A stretch of 64,000 bases of DNA from Chroococcopsis gigantea SAG 12.99 (GTDB taxonomy: Bacteria > Cyanobacteriota > Cyanobacteriia > Cyanobacteriales > Microcystaceae), in the NCBI GenBank assembly GCA_032860995.1, contig JAODIG010000001.1, positions 3,639,829 to 3,703,828 on the forward strand. The letters run 5' to 3'. Position 1 is the stretch's first letter; every line of letters starts with the position of its first letter. The position numbers and the translations under genes were made by a program. Positions 31,464 through 41,094 of the stretch are shown piece by piece. The notes under the pieces are model-generated. The model was not told the origin of the DNA and made no database searches. It saw nothing but the letters and a program-made list of their open reading frames with translations.

Positions 31464-32759
31464 TTAACGATAATTCGGGCTTTGAATATCTCTTAAACGA
31501 GCTTCAGGGCGCTTGAATCGATCTATTTGCGTCTCGAAGAAACGACGATTCTTCAGGAGGTGACGGGGATTGGGATCGTCCAGGGGATACAGTAAAGCCG
31601 TGCGTAAAGCTTGGATTACCGCGGAAGTAACGTTATACATGGAACGTTGGAAAGTGATCCCTAGTTGGATCAGAATATCATCCTTACCGCGACAGTGTTG
31701 GTCGTAGTAACTCGACAGATAGGGCGGCAAGAAATGATACATATCATCCATCAATAACGTCGGGGGGATACCGGCCGTACCCACGGGGAAAACGTCCGCG
31801 TAGAGGATGCCGTAGTGGAAATCTTTCTGTTGGTCTGGCACTTGACCGGCTTGGGCGTTATAAGACTTCGTACCGCGGAAAGGTGCTGTCCGGTAGAATA
31901 CAGCCTCTACATAGGGTAGGGCGGCTTCGTATAACCAGGTAAAGGCTTTGGATTTGGGGATGATCTCGTAGCATTCACCGCGGATGTAAACGTGATGGTA
32001 GATGGGACGACCGGCGATCGCAAAAATGCCGTTAACGAGGTAATTCATCGCGTCGGGCACACCTTTAAATCCGCCCTCATCGTATATATCCGACATCTCG
32101 AAGAACACGGGGGCCATGATCTCCCAGAATAATCCGAGATTGGAGTAATAGGACATCATCTTCACCTGTTCTAAGAACATATCGGGGAAGAGCTGATATA
32201 ACCCCATCATCAGCGGATTATATTTGAAATAAGCTTTGATGGCTCGATCGGCGTTCTGACGGTATTCTTCCGTATCGAGATAAGCGTCGAACAAACCCCA
32301 ACCCATATCGCGCCCGTGCCATAACATCGCCTGCATACAAGCTTCGGCGAACTCCATGTTAATGCGATCGTGCCACAGGTGATGAGCCAATTTGGGCATC
32401 TTCAGGGTTTTGCCCTTTTCCATGAACTCCAATAACTCCGGGTGGGCTTCGGGAGTGCCGCGCCAGAATTTCCAATCCGCCCCATCGCCCGCGTAGTGAT
32501 TATGAAGCTTCAGATATTCGGGGCTGATGAAGTATTTATAGAAAGGAAGGGGATCTAAAAATACTTGTTCGGCGATGTATAGTAAATCACGCCAGTAAAA
32601 ATCCATCGGCACAGCATAAGCTTTGTAGATGCCGATGATCTGCATGAGATTTTCCGGCGTATCGGGTAACATCGAACCGCCCGCCTCGAGACGGTGGATA
32701 ACATCAGCGAATTCGTGGGTAGAGGGGGGGAGTTTGGCTTTAATGAGTGTTGCAGTCAT
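31464..32759 (-). CDS. chpY: CO2 hydration protein ChpY/CupA of the inducible NDH-1(3) CO2-uptake complex
   Basis: It is about 430 aa and sits immediately downstream of ndhF3-ndhD3. It is rich in conserved His/Cys/Trp blocks (HHLWHDRINMEFAE, YHHVYIRGECYE). The start was trimmed to ATG 32759 (the track's start is TTG). Confidence 0.85.
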   Translation of the reverse strand: MTATLIKAKLPPSTHEFADVIHRLEAGGSMLPDTPENLMQIIGIYKAYAVPMDFYWRDLLYIAEQVFLDPLPFYKYFISPEYLKLHNHYAGDGADWKFWRGTPEAHPELLEFMEKGKTLKMPKLAHHLWHDRINMEFAEACMQAMLWHGRDMGWGLFDAYLDTEEYRQNADRAIKAYFKYNPLMMGLYQLFPDMFLEQVKMMSYYSNLGLFWEIMAPVFFEMSDIYDEGGFKGVPDAMNYLVNGIFAIAGRPIYHHVYIRGECYEIIPKSKAFTWLYEAALPYVEAVFYRTAPFRGTKSYNAQAGQVPDQQKDFHYGILYADVFPVGTAGIPPTLLMDDMYHFLPPYLSSYYDQHCRGKDDILIQLGITFQRSMYNVTSAVIQALRTALLYPLDDPNPRHLLKNRRFFETQIDRFKRPEARLRDIQSPNYR

Positions 32760-32793
32760 AGTTTTACCTGGTGTCAAGAAAGGTTTTGGGACT

Positions 32794-34368
32794 TTAACTG
32801 TGAGATAAGAACTTTTTCCCTGGTTTTAGCCAGTTGCCGGACTTTTTCAAACTTGGTGCTTTCAGGGTTTTAGTCGAGGCGACTTGTGCGTCGTCGGGGG
32901 TGACGGGAATGGCAGCCACGATCGAATTAGTAGTAGGTTCGATCCATTTCACCAGATAATTAGGTTGCACCCCGAAGAAAAAGATCAATGCTGTCAACAC
33001 GAAAGCGGGGATGTTTTCCGATGCTAGGACTTTCGGGTAATAGGCGAGTTTATTGTCCAACTTACCGAAACAGGTACGGTTGAGGAGAATCACGAAGTAA
33101 ACCGCCGTTAAACCGGAAGCGACGATACACAGTAGGGTCTGTATGGGAAATCGGGAGAAACTACCCTGAAAGACCATGAACTCGGAGACGAATCCCACCA
33201 ATCCTGGAATACCTGCGCTCGCCATACCGGCGGCGATTAAAAGCGCGCTGGTGAGAGGTAATCCGCGAATCGGATTCATCAAACCGTTTAATACGTCTAA
33301 ATCTCTCGTGCCCGCTTTTCTCTCGACGATACCCACCAGATGGAAGAGGAGGGCGAGGATCAAGCCGTGGCTGAACATCTGGGCTACTGCACCCAATACG
33401 CTCAAACTTGTGCCCGCGGCAGCCGATACGAGTATATAACCCATGTGACCGATCGAACTGTAAGCCACCATGCGTTTTATATCCTTCTGGGCGATGGCGC
33501 TCAAAGCCCCGTAAATAACGCTCACCACGCCGATAATCGCCAATCCTGGAGATACTAAAGCCCAAGTATCGGGGAATAACTGTAAGCCGAAGCGTACTAA
33601 TCCATAAGTGCCGAGTTTAGCTAATACACCACCCAGTAAAATCGCTGTGGCGGGTGAAGCTTCGGTATAAGCATCGGGCAACCAAGTATGGAGGGGCACG
33701 AGGGGAATTTTAATCCCGAAACCTACCAGTAATAGAGTTAATAGGAGTAACTGGGTTTCTTGGGAGAAATTAGCGGTGGAAAGAGAAACGTAATCGAAGG
33801 TAAAACCGTTGCTGTTGAGGAAACCGATACCTAAGAAAGCCGCTAACACCAGTAAACCCGATACCGCCGTATAAAGTAAGAATTTGATGGAAGCGTAGGC
33901 GCGCTTTTCTCCCCCCCAGATCGCGATCATCAAGTAGAAAGGGATCAACTCCAATTCATAGAAGATGATGAATAGTAACAGGTTACTGGCCATTAAAGCC
34001 CCGGAAACCCCGGCGTTAATGAGCAAGATCAAACTGTAATAGAGGCGCGGACGTTCTACCTTCTCCCCGATGCTGTAAATAGCGATCCCTGTGAGGAGGT
34101 TATTGAGGATGACCAAGGGGAGGGATAAACCATCGATGCCTAAACTGTAACTTAAACCGATCGGTTTCGCCCATTCCATGTACTCGCTGAACTGAAAACC
34201 AGCCTTAGAGAGATTGAATTGACCCAAGAGATAAAGAGACCAAACGAACGTACCGAGGATGAAAATAGTGGTGATCTGACGTATTTTCCCATTGGTGACT
34301 TTTTCTGGGAAAAAGCCGACGATCACAGCGCCGATCAAAGGCACCCAGAGGAGAGGACTTAACAACAT
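32794..34368 (-). CDS. ndhD3: NAD(P)H-quinone oxidoreductase subunit 4, CO2-uptake paralogue NdhD3
   Basis: It is a NuoM/NdhD-type antiporter-like membrane protein. It lies between the ndhF-type gene and chpY. Confidence 0.85.
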   Translation of the reverse strand: MLLSPLLWVPLIGAVIVGFFPEKVTNGKIRQITTIFILGTFVWSLYLLGQFNLSKAGFQFSEYMEWAKPIGLSYSLGIDGLSLPLVILNNLLTGIAIYSIGEKVERPRLYYSLILLINAGVSGALMASNLLLFIIFYELELIPFYLMIAIWGGEKRAYASIKFLLYTAVSGLLVLAAFLGIGFLNSNGFTFDYVSLSTANFSQETQLLLLTLLLVGFGIKIPLVPLHTWLPDAYTEASPATAILLGGVLAKLGTYGLVRFGLQLFPDTWALVSPGLAIIGVVSVIYGALSAIAQKDIKRMVAYSSIGHMGYILVSAAAGTSLSVLGAVAQMFSHGLILALLFHLVGIVERKAGTRDLDVLNGLMNPIRGLPLTSALLIAAGMASAGIPGLVGFVSEFMVFQGSFSRFPIQTLLCIVASGLTAVYFVILLNRTCFGKLDNKLAYYPKVLASENIPAFVLTALIFFFGVQPNYLVKWIEPTTNSIVAAIPVTPDDAQVASTKTLKAPSLKKSGNWLKPGKKFLSHS

Positions 34369-34382
34369 AGTTCGATCAAGAG

Positions 34383-36242
34383 TTAGCTAAACACTAAGGA
34401 AATTTGAGCCAGTAGAGGCCAGCAGACCACAATTCCTAAAAGGGCAACGCCTAAAAGAATTGACAGCACGTAGAATTGAGTTTGACCTGTGACGTTGTAT
34501 CTCAAACTTTGACCGCTGAATATAGTGAATATGCCCACTAGATTCACCACGCCATCGACGATAAATTTATCGAACCAGTTGATCGTTTGGGAGATTAGAT
34601 CCACCACGAAAACGATCGTTACTTTATACAACTTAGCTGTATAAAGGTCGTAGGCGAAGAAGTCCTGTAAAGCTTGAGGTTGTAATTTGATCGGTTTAGC
34701 CACCGACTCACTGAGGTACATATTAGCCGCTACTAAAATTCCGAGGGCGCTAGAAGCGACCAAAAACCCGGAAGCACCCAGATTGATTTGCGACAGGCTA
34801 GGGATCAAACCCCACTGGGCTAGTAATAAGGGTACGTGTAAAGCGAAGCCCATCCCTATAGTGGTGGGTAATACCAGGGGCCATAAAGCTTCTGGTGAGC
34901 GTAAGGTCATGGGTTTGACCGGGCCGCAGAAAAATAGACAAAATTCTCTGGTGACGCTAAAAGCGGTTAAGCCGTTGACTAATAGTAGGACGAAGAATAA
35001 ACTCGAACTAATTTCGCTTAAACGCTCGGCCATCGCACCTAAAGACCAGAAACCACCGAAAGGAGGTAGGGCGATCAAGGTGGCTCCACCAACGAGATAA
35101 CAAATACCGGATACGGGACGACGCGACCATAAACCGCCGTATTGGGTGAGGTCTTGGGTGATGTTATTCCAGATCAGTCCACCTACTACCATAACTAATA
35201 TGGCCATGCCTATGGAGTAAGTGAATAGCAGGGTGAGAGCCGTTTGTAATTGCCCAGTGGCCACGGCGATGAAGATTAAACCCATGTAAGCACTGGTGGT
35301 ATATGAGAGCGATCGTTTCACATCGATTTGTGCGATCGCAATCAAGGAAGCACCGATGGCTGTTACAGAGCCGATAACCATCATTACCTGTAGTGTCAGG
35401 GGCGACAGGGCTAACACGGGTTCGATCTTGATCAATAACCAGGCACCGGTGGACACCACCACCGTATTCCGTAGGATGGAAGCGGGAATCGGCCCTTCCA
35501 TCGCTTCGTCTAACCACAGGTGCAGGGGGAATTGAGCGCATTTGGCGAGGGGGCCGGCGATGATAGCCAGACAGAGTAAATTAGCCACGCCCGGATCTAA
35601 GTTAGCTGTTTGCGCCCATCTCGCCAATTCATCGAAATTCCAAGTACCGGCGAGGGGTAATAGGGCTACTACCGCCATCAGGAGGATCAAATCGCCTATC
35701 CTCTTAGTCAAGAAAGCATCTCTCGCCCCGGTAACGACTAAAGATTGATTGAACCAGAAGCCGATTAACAGATAAGTACCGAGGGTGAGAATTTCTAGCA
35801 CCACGTAGCTGAAGAAGAGGGAGTTACAGAGAACCAGGGTACACATCCCCGCTTCAAATAAAGCCAGGAGAGAATAAAATCTCGCCCAACCCCAATCCAT
35901 CTCTAAATAACCGATAGCGTATATTTGCGCTGCGAGGTTCAATCCCGTGATTAACAGTAAAGCCCCGATATTGACCGCGGAAATTTGTAAATCAAAAGAA
36001 ATGTTTAAGTTTGCGGCATGAAGCCAGGGAAAGGATAATGATTGAGGGGGATGGTTCCAGGTTGCTGGTAGGGCTAGCAAACTATGAACGAACGCGATTA
36101 GCGTCATGATGATGCTGATATAACCCGCGGGGCGGGGCCCTGTTTCGCGGATGATACCAGGAGACCAGGGCACGACCAGCAATGCCCCCAATAATGCGTA
36201 CAAAGGCACCAACCAGATCGACTGGCTGAATGATTCAAACAT
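34383..36242 (-). CDS. ndhF3: NAD(P)H-quinone oxidoreductase subunit 5, CO2-uptake paralogue NdhF3
   Basis: It is a NuoL/NdhF-type membrane protein of about 620 aa and the first structural gene of the F3-D3-chpY operon. Confidence 0.85.
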   Translation of the reverse strand: MFESFSQSIWLVPLYALLGALLVVPWSPGIIRETGPRPAGYISIIMTLIAFVHSLLALPATWNHPPQSLSFPWLHAANLNISFDLQISAVNIGALLLITGLNLAAQIYAIGYLEMDWGWARFYSLLALFEAGMCTLVLCNSLFFSYVVLEILTLGTYLLIGFWFNQSLVVTGARDAFLTKRIGDLILLMAVVALLPLAGTWNFDELARWAQTANLDPGVANLLCLAIIAGPLAKCAQFPLHLWLDEAMEGPIPASILRNTVVVSTGAWLLIKIEPVLALSPLTLQVMMVIGSVTAIGASLIAIAQIDVKRSLSYTTSAYMGLIFIAVATGQLQTALTLLFTYSIGMAILVMVVGGLIWNNITQDLTQYGGLWSRRPVSGICYLVGGATLIALPPFGGFWSLGAMAERLSEISSSLFFVLLLVNGLTAFSVTREFCLFFCGPVKPMTLRSPEALWPLVLPTTIGMGFALHVPLLLAQWGLIPSLSQINLGASGFLVASSALGILVAANMYLSESVAKPIKLQPQALQDFFAYDLYTAKLYKVTIVFVVDLISQTINWFDKFIVDGVVNLVGIFTIFSGQSLRYNVTGQTQFYVLSILLGVALLGIVVCWPLLAQISLVFS

Positions 36243-36293
36243 CGTGAATTACCTCAACAGCAAAAAATAGTTATTTGTTTTTAAGTTTAAAGG

Positions 36294-37235
36294 TTAATGG
36301 GACAACATTAAGCTTTTGCCGTTCTTATGACGACCATAAACAGGAATTTCCTGACTCGCTTCTAACAGGTAGTGTAAGAAAGCGTCAGCGATTACCGATA
36401 GTTGCTTACCCCCTAGATAGCAAACGTACCAATGACGTTGTATGGGAAAGTTTTCCACGTCTAAAATCGTTAGCTCTCTCTCACCGTCGGATATTAAGGT
36501 GTGTTTGGATAGTACCGAAATACCTAAGCCTCCGGCGATCGCCTGTTTGATGGCTTCATTGCTACCGAGTTCCAAACGCACTTTCACCGATACATCATGT
36601 AGATTGAATAATTTCTGCACTACATGACGGGTTCCCGAACCTGGTTCGCGCATGATGAAAGGTTGATTATTTAAACGCGAAATCGGTATATTTTTTTCAT
36701 TAGCGAGAGGATGATCTTGGCGGGCTACGACAACTAAAGGATTATCTAAAAAAGGACGACTACATAATTCCACTTCTTCGGGTGGCTGACTGAGAATGTA
36801 TAGATCATCCTCGTTTTCGTACATCCTTTCTTGTAATTTTTGATGATTGGTTACTTGTAATGCTATATCGATCCCTGGATATTGTTGGCAGAAAGCCCCC
36901 AATAATCTGGGTACGAAATATTTAGCAGTGGTGATCACTCCTAACTTTAAACGCCCCTGACGGGTGCCTTTAAAATCAGCAACTTTCATGTCAAAATTTT
37001 CTAATTTGTCAAAAATTTCTTGACAGGTAATTAATAGTTCTTTTCCTGCTTCGGTCAAGTAAAGGCGTTTACCGATCTGTTCAAATAATGGTAAACCAAC
37101 AGCTTTGGTCAGTTGTTTAACTTGGGTGGAAACAGTGGGCTGGGTGATGTACAGTTCCTCTGCCGCTTTCGTAAAGCTACTATGACGTGCTGTTGCCTCA
37201 AAAACCCTTAACTGATGCAGGGTTGCCTGAATCAC
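36294..37235 (-). CDS. ccmR: LysR-type transcriptional regulator, CcmR/NdhR-like by position
   Basis: It has an N-terminal wHTH (LHQLRVFEATARHSSFTKAAEELYITQPTVSTQVKQL) and a LysR substrate-binding domain. The GTG start is preceded by GGAGGAG. It sits 51 nt upstream of ndhF3. Confidence 0.7.
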   Translation of the reverse strand: MIQATLHQLRVFEATARHSSFTKAAEELYITQPTVSTQVKQLTKAVGLPLFEQIGKRLYLTEAGKELLITCQEIFDKLENFDMKVADFKGTRQGRLKLGVITTAKYFVPRLLGAFCQQYPGIDIALQVTNHQKLQERMYENEDDLYILSQPPEEVELCSRPFLDNPLVVVARQDHPLANEKNIPISRLNNQPFIMREPGSGTRHVVQKLFNLHDVSVKVRLELGSNEAIKQAIAGGLGISVLSKHTLISDGERELTILDVENFPIQRHWYVCYLGGKQLSVIADAFLHYLLEASQEIPVYGRHKNGKSLMLSH

Positions 37236-37383
37236 ATCGCTCCTCCCCTTTGTCTATAACTACTATTCGTTACGATAAATCCTACTCCCTTAATAGACTA
37301 TAGTCAATAAGTAATTTTATAAATATAGACCACAGTAGATATAAGTTAAACTTAAGTACAGTGCCAGGGCGAACCCCAATTCA

Positions 37384-37890
37384 TCAATTAACTCTAGAAA
37401 ATAGGAAAAATAAACCAAAACTTACCGAAATAATCAATAAAGCAAAGATGATAAAGGAATAGTTCTGACTTTTATCTAAATTCATCGGCTCTATGGGTGT
37501 TTCTTCTTTTTTGGGTAGATTAGTCCCCTTTTTATATTGAGGTGGGCTCTCCGGTAGTTGATCCAAGTCGGGAATTTTACTCATCCACTGTTCGGGTCGT
37601 TTTAATCGGGGAGCCTCTAGGATGTAGAGAAGTTGTTTTGCTTCGTCACGAACGTCATAACTGGGATGAGTCGTTAAAGCGCGACACAAATCGAGAGCGT
37701 TTTCTCCCTCGCCGAGACCTTGATAAGCGTAAACCAGTTTTAATTGAGCTTGTCCGCCCTGTAGGGATTGAGGGGATATTTCTTCTAAGGCGGCGGTTAG
37801 CTGTTTAATACAGCCCCGGTATTCGCCCCGATCGAAAGCAATCTCCCCAGCTTTATAAAGCTCCGCAAAAGTACGTTTGGACTCCACCAT
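37384..37890 (-). CDS. TPR-like protein with a C-terminal TM anchor, unknown function
   Basis: 168 aa with a helical-repeat N-terminal domain, a Pro/Lys-rich linker and a C-terminal hydrophobic helix (FIIFALLIISVSFGLFFLF). Confidence 0.5.
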   Translation of the reverse strand: MVESKRTFAELYKAGEIAFDRGEYRGCIKQLTAALEEISPQSLQGGQAQLKLVYAYQGLGEGENALDLCRALTTHPSYDVRDEAKQLLYILEAPRLKRPEQWMSKIPDLDQLPESPPQYKKGTNLPKKEETPIEPMNLDKSQNYSFIIFALLIISVSFGLFFLFSRVN

Positions 37891-37930
37891 AAATCGATCG
37901 AAGATAATAGATTTTCAATATAGCAAAAAC

Positions 37931-39436
37931 TCAGCCCGTTCTAGGACGGCCGAGAGTGGTGATATAAATAACCGCTTCATCGGCGGGGATACCCAAGACC
38001 TCGTTAACCTGGTCGTCAAAGAAGCCAGCGATACCGCTGACACCGAGATTCAGATAAACGGCCGCCAGATTGAGACGCTGCCCTAGATGGCCGGCATCCA
38101 TGTGTAAATAGCGGTAAGACCTATCGCCCCACCGGGCCACGGCTTTTTTTAAATCAGCCGTGTGGAAGACCACCGCGCCCGCGTCACGTCCCAAGTCTTG
38201 ACCGAGACAGAGAAAATGTAACTCGGCACGAAAGTTTTTAAAACGTATCTGCCGTAACTCCCTGGCTCTGGGGGCGTAATAATAACAGCCTTCTTCCAAA
38301 CCATCAACACCAGAAACGGCGATGAAGGTTTCCAATAAGCTCAAGTCGAAATAATCGGGAGATCGATCGAGTTCCTGATCTAGATAATCTTCGGGATGAT
38401 AGGTAAAATGCAATAGGGCTTTCAATTGGTCGAGACTGAGACTATCGCCACTATAGGCGCGACACGAGCGACGTTTAAAGAAAGTCGTTTCCAAACCCGA
38501 TAATTTTTCCCCCCAGTAGATAGGGGGAGAGGATACGGAAACCTTCAGACAGAAAGGAAAATTATACTTATCGGTTTCCGATGGCGAAGTTGCGGCGATA
38601 GGAGGGAGGTTTTCGGTAATTTCTGTAGCTTTTTGTAAGGCACTCAATAACTCCCCTTCGGGGATTTCTGGGTAAACAGTCAGGGAGGGGGAGGGGAGAC
38701 TCGTGATACCAGGGGGCAAATTTTGCTGGATGTCTAAAAGGTCAGCCAAGGCGATAACGGTCATCACGCTCTCTTGAGAGGAATCTAGATAAAGTAACTC
38801 ATTCATGGCGCGGTCGTTAAATCCACCCATTACATGGGCGTGATAATCATTCATGGCGGCGGCTAACTCTATATTGCCCAAGAGATGCCCCGTATCCAGA
38901 AAAATGCGTCGGTAAGCCCGGTCTTCGTAACGCCACTGAGAACGATAAAAAATCGCTGATGTGGCTAGAGCGATACGGGTGTTCTCTAAAGAGGAATGCC
39001 AAAAACCAGCGGATTGCAGTTGAGACCACATATCACTTTCCCAGAATAATAACAGAGAGTGACTTTGAGCTTGATAGTGATAAAGCCCCGGTGGTAAAAT
39101 CCCGTTGCCCCTAGAGATGAGATAAATTTCCGCCGGATATAATCCCCCGGCAGAAGGAGCTGATCTTAAACACATCGGCTGTCCCATCGTGGGAACTTTT
39201 GCCGTTAAGCCGTAACTGTAACCTAGTAGGCGAGACAAACGCCGCCAATAGACAAAATCGCTGTCAGTTGTTTTTTGAGCGGATAAATAAGGCTTGAGGT
39301 CAAAAATTTGCCCGATTTTATATTCTTTAAACGGTATCGGTTGCTTGTTCGGGTCCAGGGCTTTGTTTTTAGATGCGATCGTCCGGGGGTCGTATTTGGT
39401 GCGTTCGTGGTAATATTGAGCGATCGATTCGGACAT
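37931..39436 (-). CDS. SagB/ThcOx-family dehydrogenase (tandem nitroreductase-like domains)
   Basis: The N-terminus QYYHERTKY is characteristic of the SagB-type family. The C-terminal half has nitroreductase-like motifs (RRSCRAY, LGVSGIAGFFD). Confidence 0.65.
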   Translation of the reverse strand: MSESIAQYYHERTKYDPRTIASKNKALDPNKQPIPFKEYKIGQIFDLKPYLSAQKTTDSDFVYWRRLSRLLGYSYGLTAKVPTMGQPMCLRSAPSAGGLYPAEIYLISRGNGILPPGLYHYQAQSHSLLLFWESDMWSQLQSAGFWHSSLENTRIALATSAIFYRSQWRYEDRAYRRIFLDTGHLLGNIELAAAMNDYHAHVMGGFNDRAMNELLYLDSSQESVMTVIALADLLDIQQNLPPGITSLPSPSLTVYPEIPEGELLSALQKATEITENLPPIAATSPSETDKYNFPFCLKVSVSSPPIYWGEKLSGLETTFFKRRSCRAYSGDSLSLDQLKALLHFTYHPEDYLDQELDRSPDYFDLSLLETFIAVSGVDGLEEGCYYYAPRARELRQIRFKNFRAELHFLCLGQDLGRDAGAVVFHTADLKKAVARWGDRSYRYLHMDAGHLGQRLNLAAVYLNLGVSGIAGFFDDQVNEVLGIPADEAVIYITTLGRPRTG

Positions 39437-39538
39437 ACACTATCTTTGGTCTAAGCTTCTCTATCACCAGTGTAATACAGGGAGAGTCGCAAGTCGGGAA
39501 CCATTAAACTAGTACCTGTAGAAATTTTTCTTCCCTCT

Positions 39539-40483
39539 ATGCCCCCAACTATCAAGCCGCCTCTCGTTATTTCGGAAAGACGACACTGGTTCCATATTTT
39601 ATTTTTATGGAAGGGTTCGGTAGTACCGGCTATTTTGCCCAGAGTATTTTTCTGTGCCGCTTTTAGTTTTCTCGTTTCTTTTTTCTATCATTTCGGACTG
39701 AATCTCACCTTACCTATAGAAAGCGGTCTCGTGCCCAGTCTCGTCCTCGGTTTACTACTAGTATTTCGCACTAATACCGCGTACGAAAGATTTTGGGAAG
39801 GGCGCAAAGCATGGGGCGCATTGGTCAATACGGTACGGAATATGGCGCGGAATATTTGGGTGACGGTGAAAGAATCTCATCCAGACGATAGGAAAGAAAA
39901 GATAGATACTCTGCGCTTATTAGTAGCTTTTGCCATCAGCACTAAACTGCATCTACGGGCAGAAAAAAATTTTGAAGAATTACGTCCTTTTGTCAAGCCC
40001 ACCTATTACGATAAGTTATTGACGATGAATCATCCACCTTTAGAGATCGCTTTTTGGATCGGCGATTATTTACATAAACAGTACGAAGAACAGAAGATTA
40101 ATTCTTACGTATTTACATCTATGCTGAAATTGCTAGATTTATTAGTCGATAATTTAGGAGTATGTGAAAGAATTTTAAAAACTCCTATTCCTTTAGCTTA
40201 TTCTATTCACTTAAAACAACTTTTGTTGATTTATTGTTTAACCTTACCATTTCAATTTGTAGACGAGTGTAAGTGGTTCACGGCATTTTTCGTGGCGATA
40301 GTTAGCTTCACAGTGTTCGGTATTGAAGAAATAGGTATTGAGATAGAGAATCCTTTCGGGCGGGATGATAATGATTTACCTCTCGACCAGATCTGTGAAA
40401 CGATGGAGAGAAATATCAATGATTTAATTACCTTATCTCCAGATGCAAGACATTGGCAAACTCAGGATCAGTTAATAGAATAG
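39539..40483 (+). CDS. Bestrophin-family (UPF0187/YneE) anion channel
   Basis: It has a typical N-terminus (W...LF.WKGSV...I) with LLVFRTNTAYERFWEGRK, and four TM helices. The length of 314 aa fits bacterial bestrophins. Confidence 0.75.
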   Translation: MPPTIKPPLVISERRHWFHILFLWKGSVVPAILPRVFFCAAFSFLVSFFYHFGLNLTLPIESGLVPSLVLGLLLVFRTNTAYERFWEGRKAWGALVNTVRNMARNIWVTVKESHPDDRKEKIDTLRLLVAFAISTKLHLRAEKNFEELRPFVKPTYYDKLLTMNHPPLEIAFWIGDYLHKQYEEQKINSYVFTSMLKLLDLLVDNLGVCERILKTPIPLAYSIHLKQLLLIYCLTLPFQFVDECKWFTAFFVAIVSFTVFGIEEIGIEIENPFGRDDNDLPLDQICETMERNINDLITLSPDARHWQTQDQLIE

Positions 40484-40510
40484 AAGAATACATATACTAA
40501 TTATGCAAGA

Positions 40511-41035
40511 ATGAACCAGACCCTTACTTTTGCCGAATCCCTAGGTTGTAGTCGAGAACTACTGGAAGCAATGCGATCGGGTGACTTAAAAGCAGAGCGT
40601 TTAGTTTCAGCAGTTTCTACTTTAATTGCCACAGAAAATGGAGCTAGAGGATTTTTTGTTACCTATCTAACGGATGATGTATATGGAATGGCCGATCGAG
40701 TGACCCCGGAAATTGTCGAAGCCCTAAAAAACTCTCCCGAACTCGTTAGCGATTTACTGGTAAAAAATATCGCTATGTCTACGGCGATGGAGTTAACACA
40801 CTTGAGAAATAATGATGAAGATATGGCCGGGGGTTCGCGACGAGTGCAGGCTAGAACTATGAATTTAATCAGCCTGTTAAAGCTAGAAGAAATTAACGAT
40901 AAACTTCAGCAATTACGGCAAACTTTAAAAGATGATGGCGGAATATATCAAGATTTTCTCGAACGCTGGGGATACGATGAGGAACAAAAAGCTGTGATTG
41001 CCACTAAGATAGACCCGCTTATCAACAATCTTTAA
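40511..41035 (+). CDS. Conserved hypothetical protein (helical, cytosolic)
   Basis: 174-aa ORF starting 27 nt after the bestrophin gene. I recognise no motif. Confidence 0.45.
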   Translation: MNQTLTFAESLGCSRELLEAMRSGDLKAERLVSAVSTLIATENGARGFFVTYLTDDVYGMADRVTPEIVEALKNSPELVSDLLVKNIAMSTAMELTHLRNNDEDMAGGSRRVQARTMNLISLLKLEEINDKLQQLRQTLKDDGGIYQDFLERWGYDEEQKAVIATKIDPLINNL

Positions 41036-41094
41036 ACGATCCAGTCAACTTCAGCCTATGATCGAAACAGAACAAGATAAATATTAGGATTGTC

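Noticed and set aside
33161-35748. Several 60-140-aa ORFs in other frames or antisense within ndhD3 and ndhF3.
   Set aside because: They are Arg/Gly/Ser-rich shadows of long, well-supported membrane-protein genes. There is no independent support.
36275-36627. Plus-strand ORFs (36275..36550, 36442..36627) spanning the ccmR 3' end.
   Set aside because: They are antisense to a LysR gene with clear HTH and effector-domain motifs. There is no RBS or family signal.
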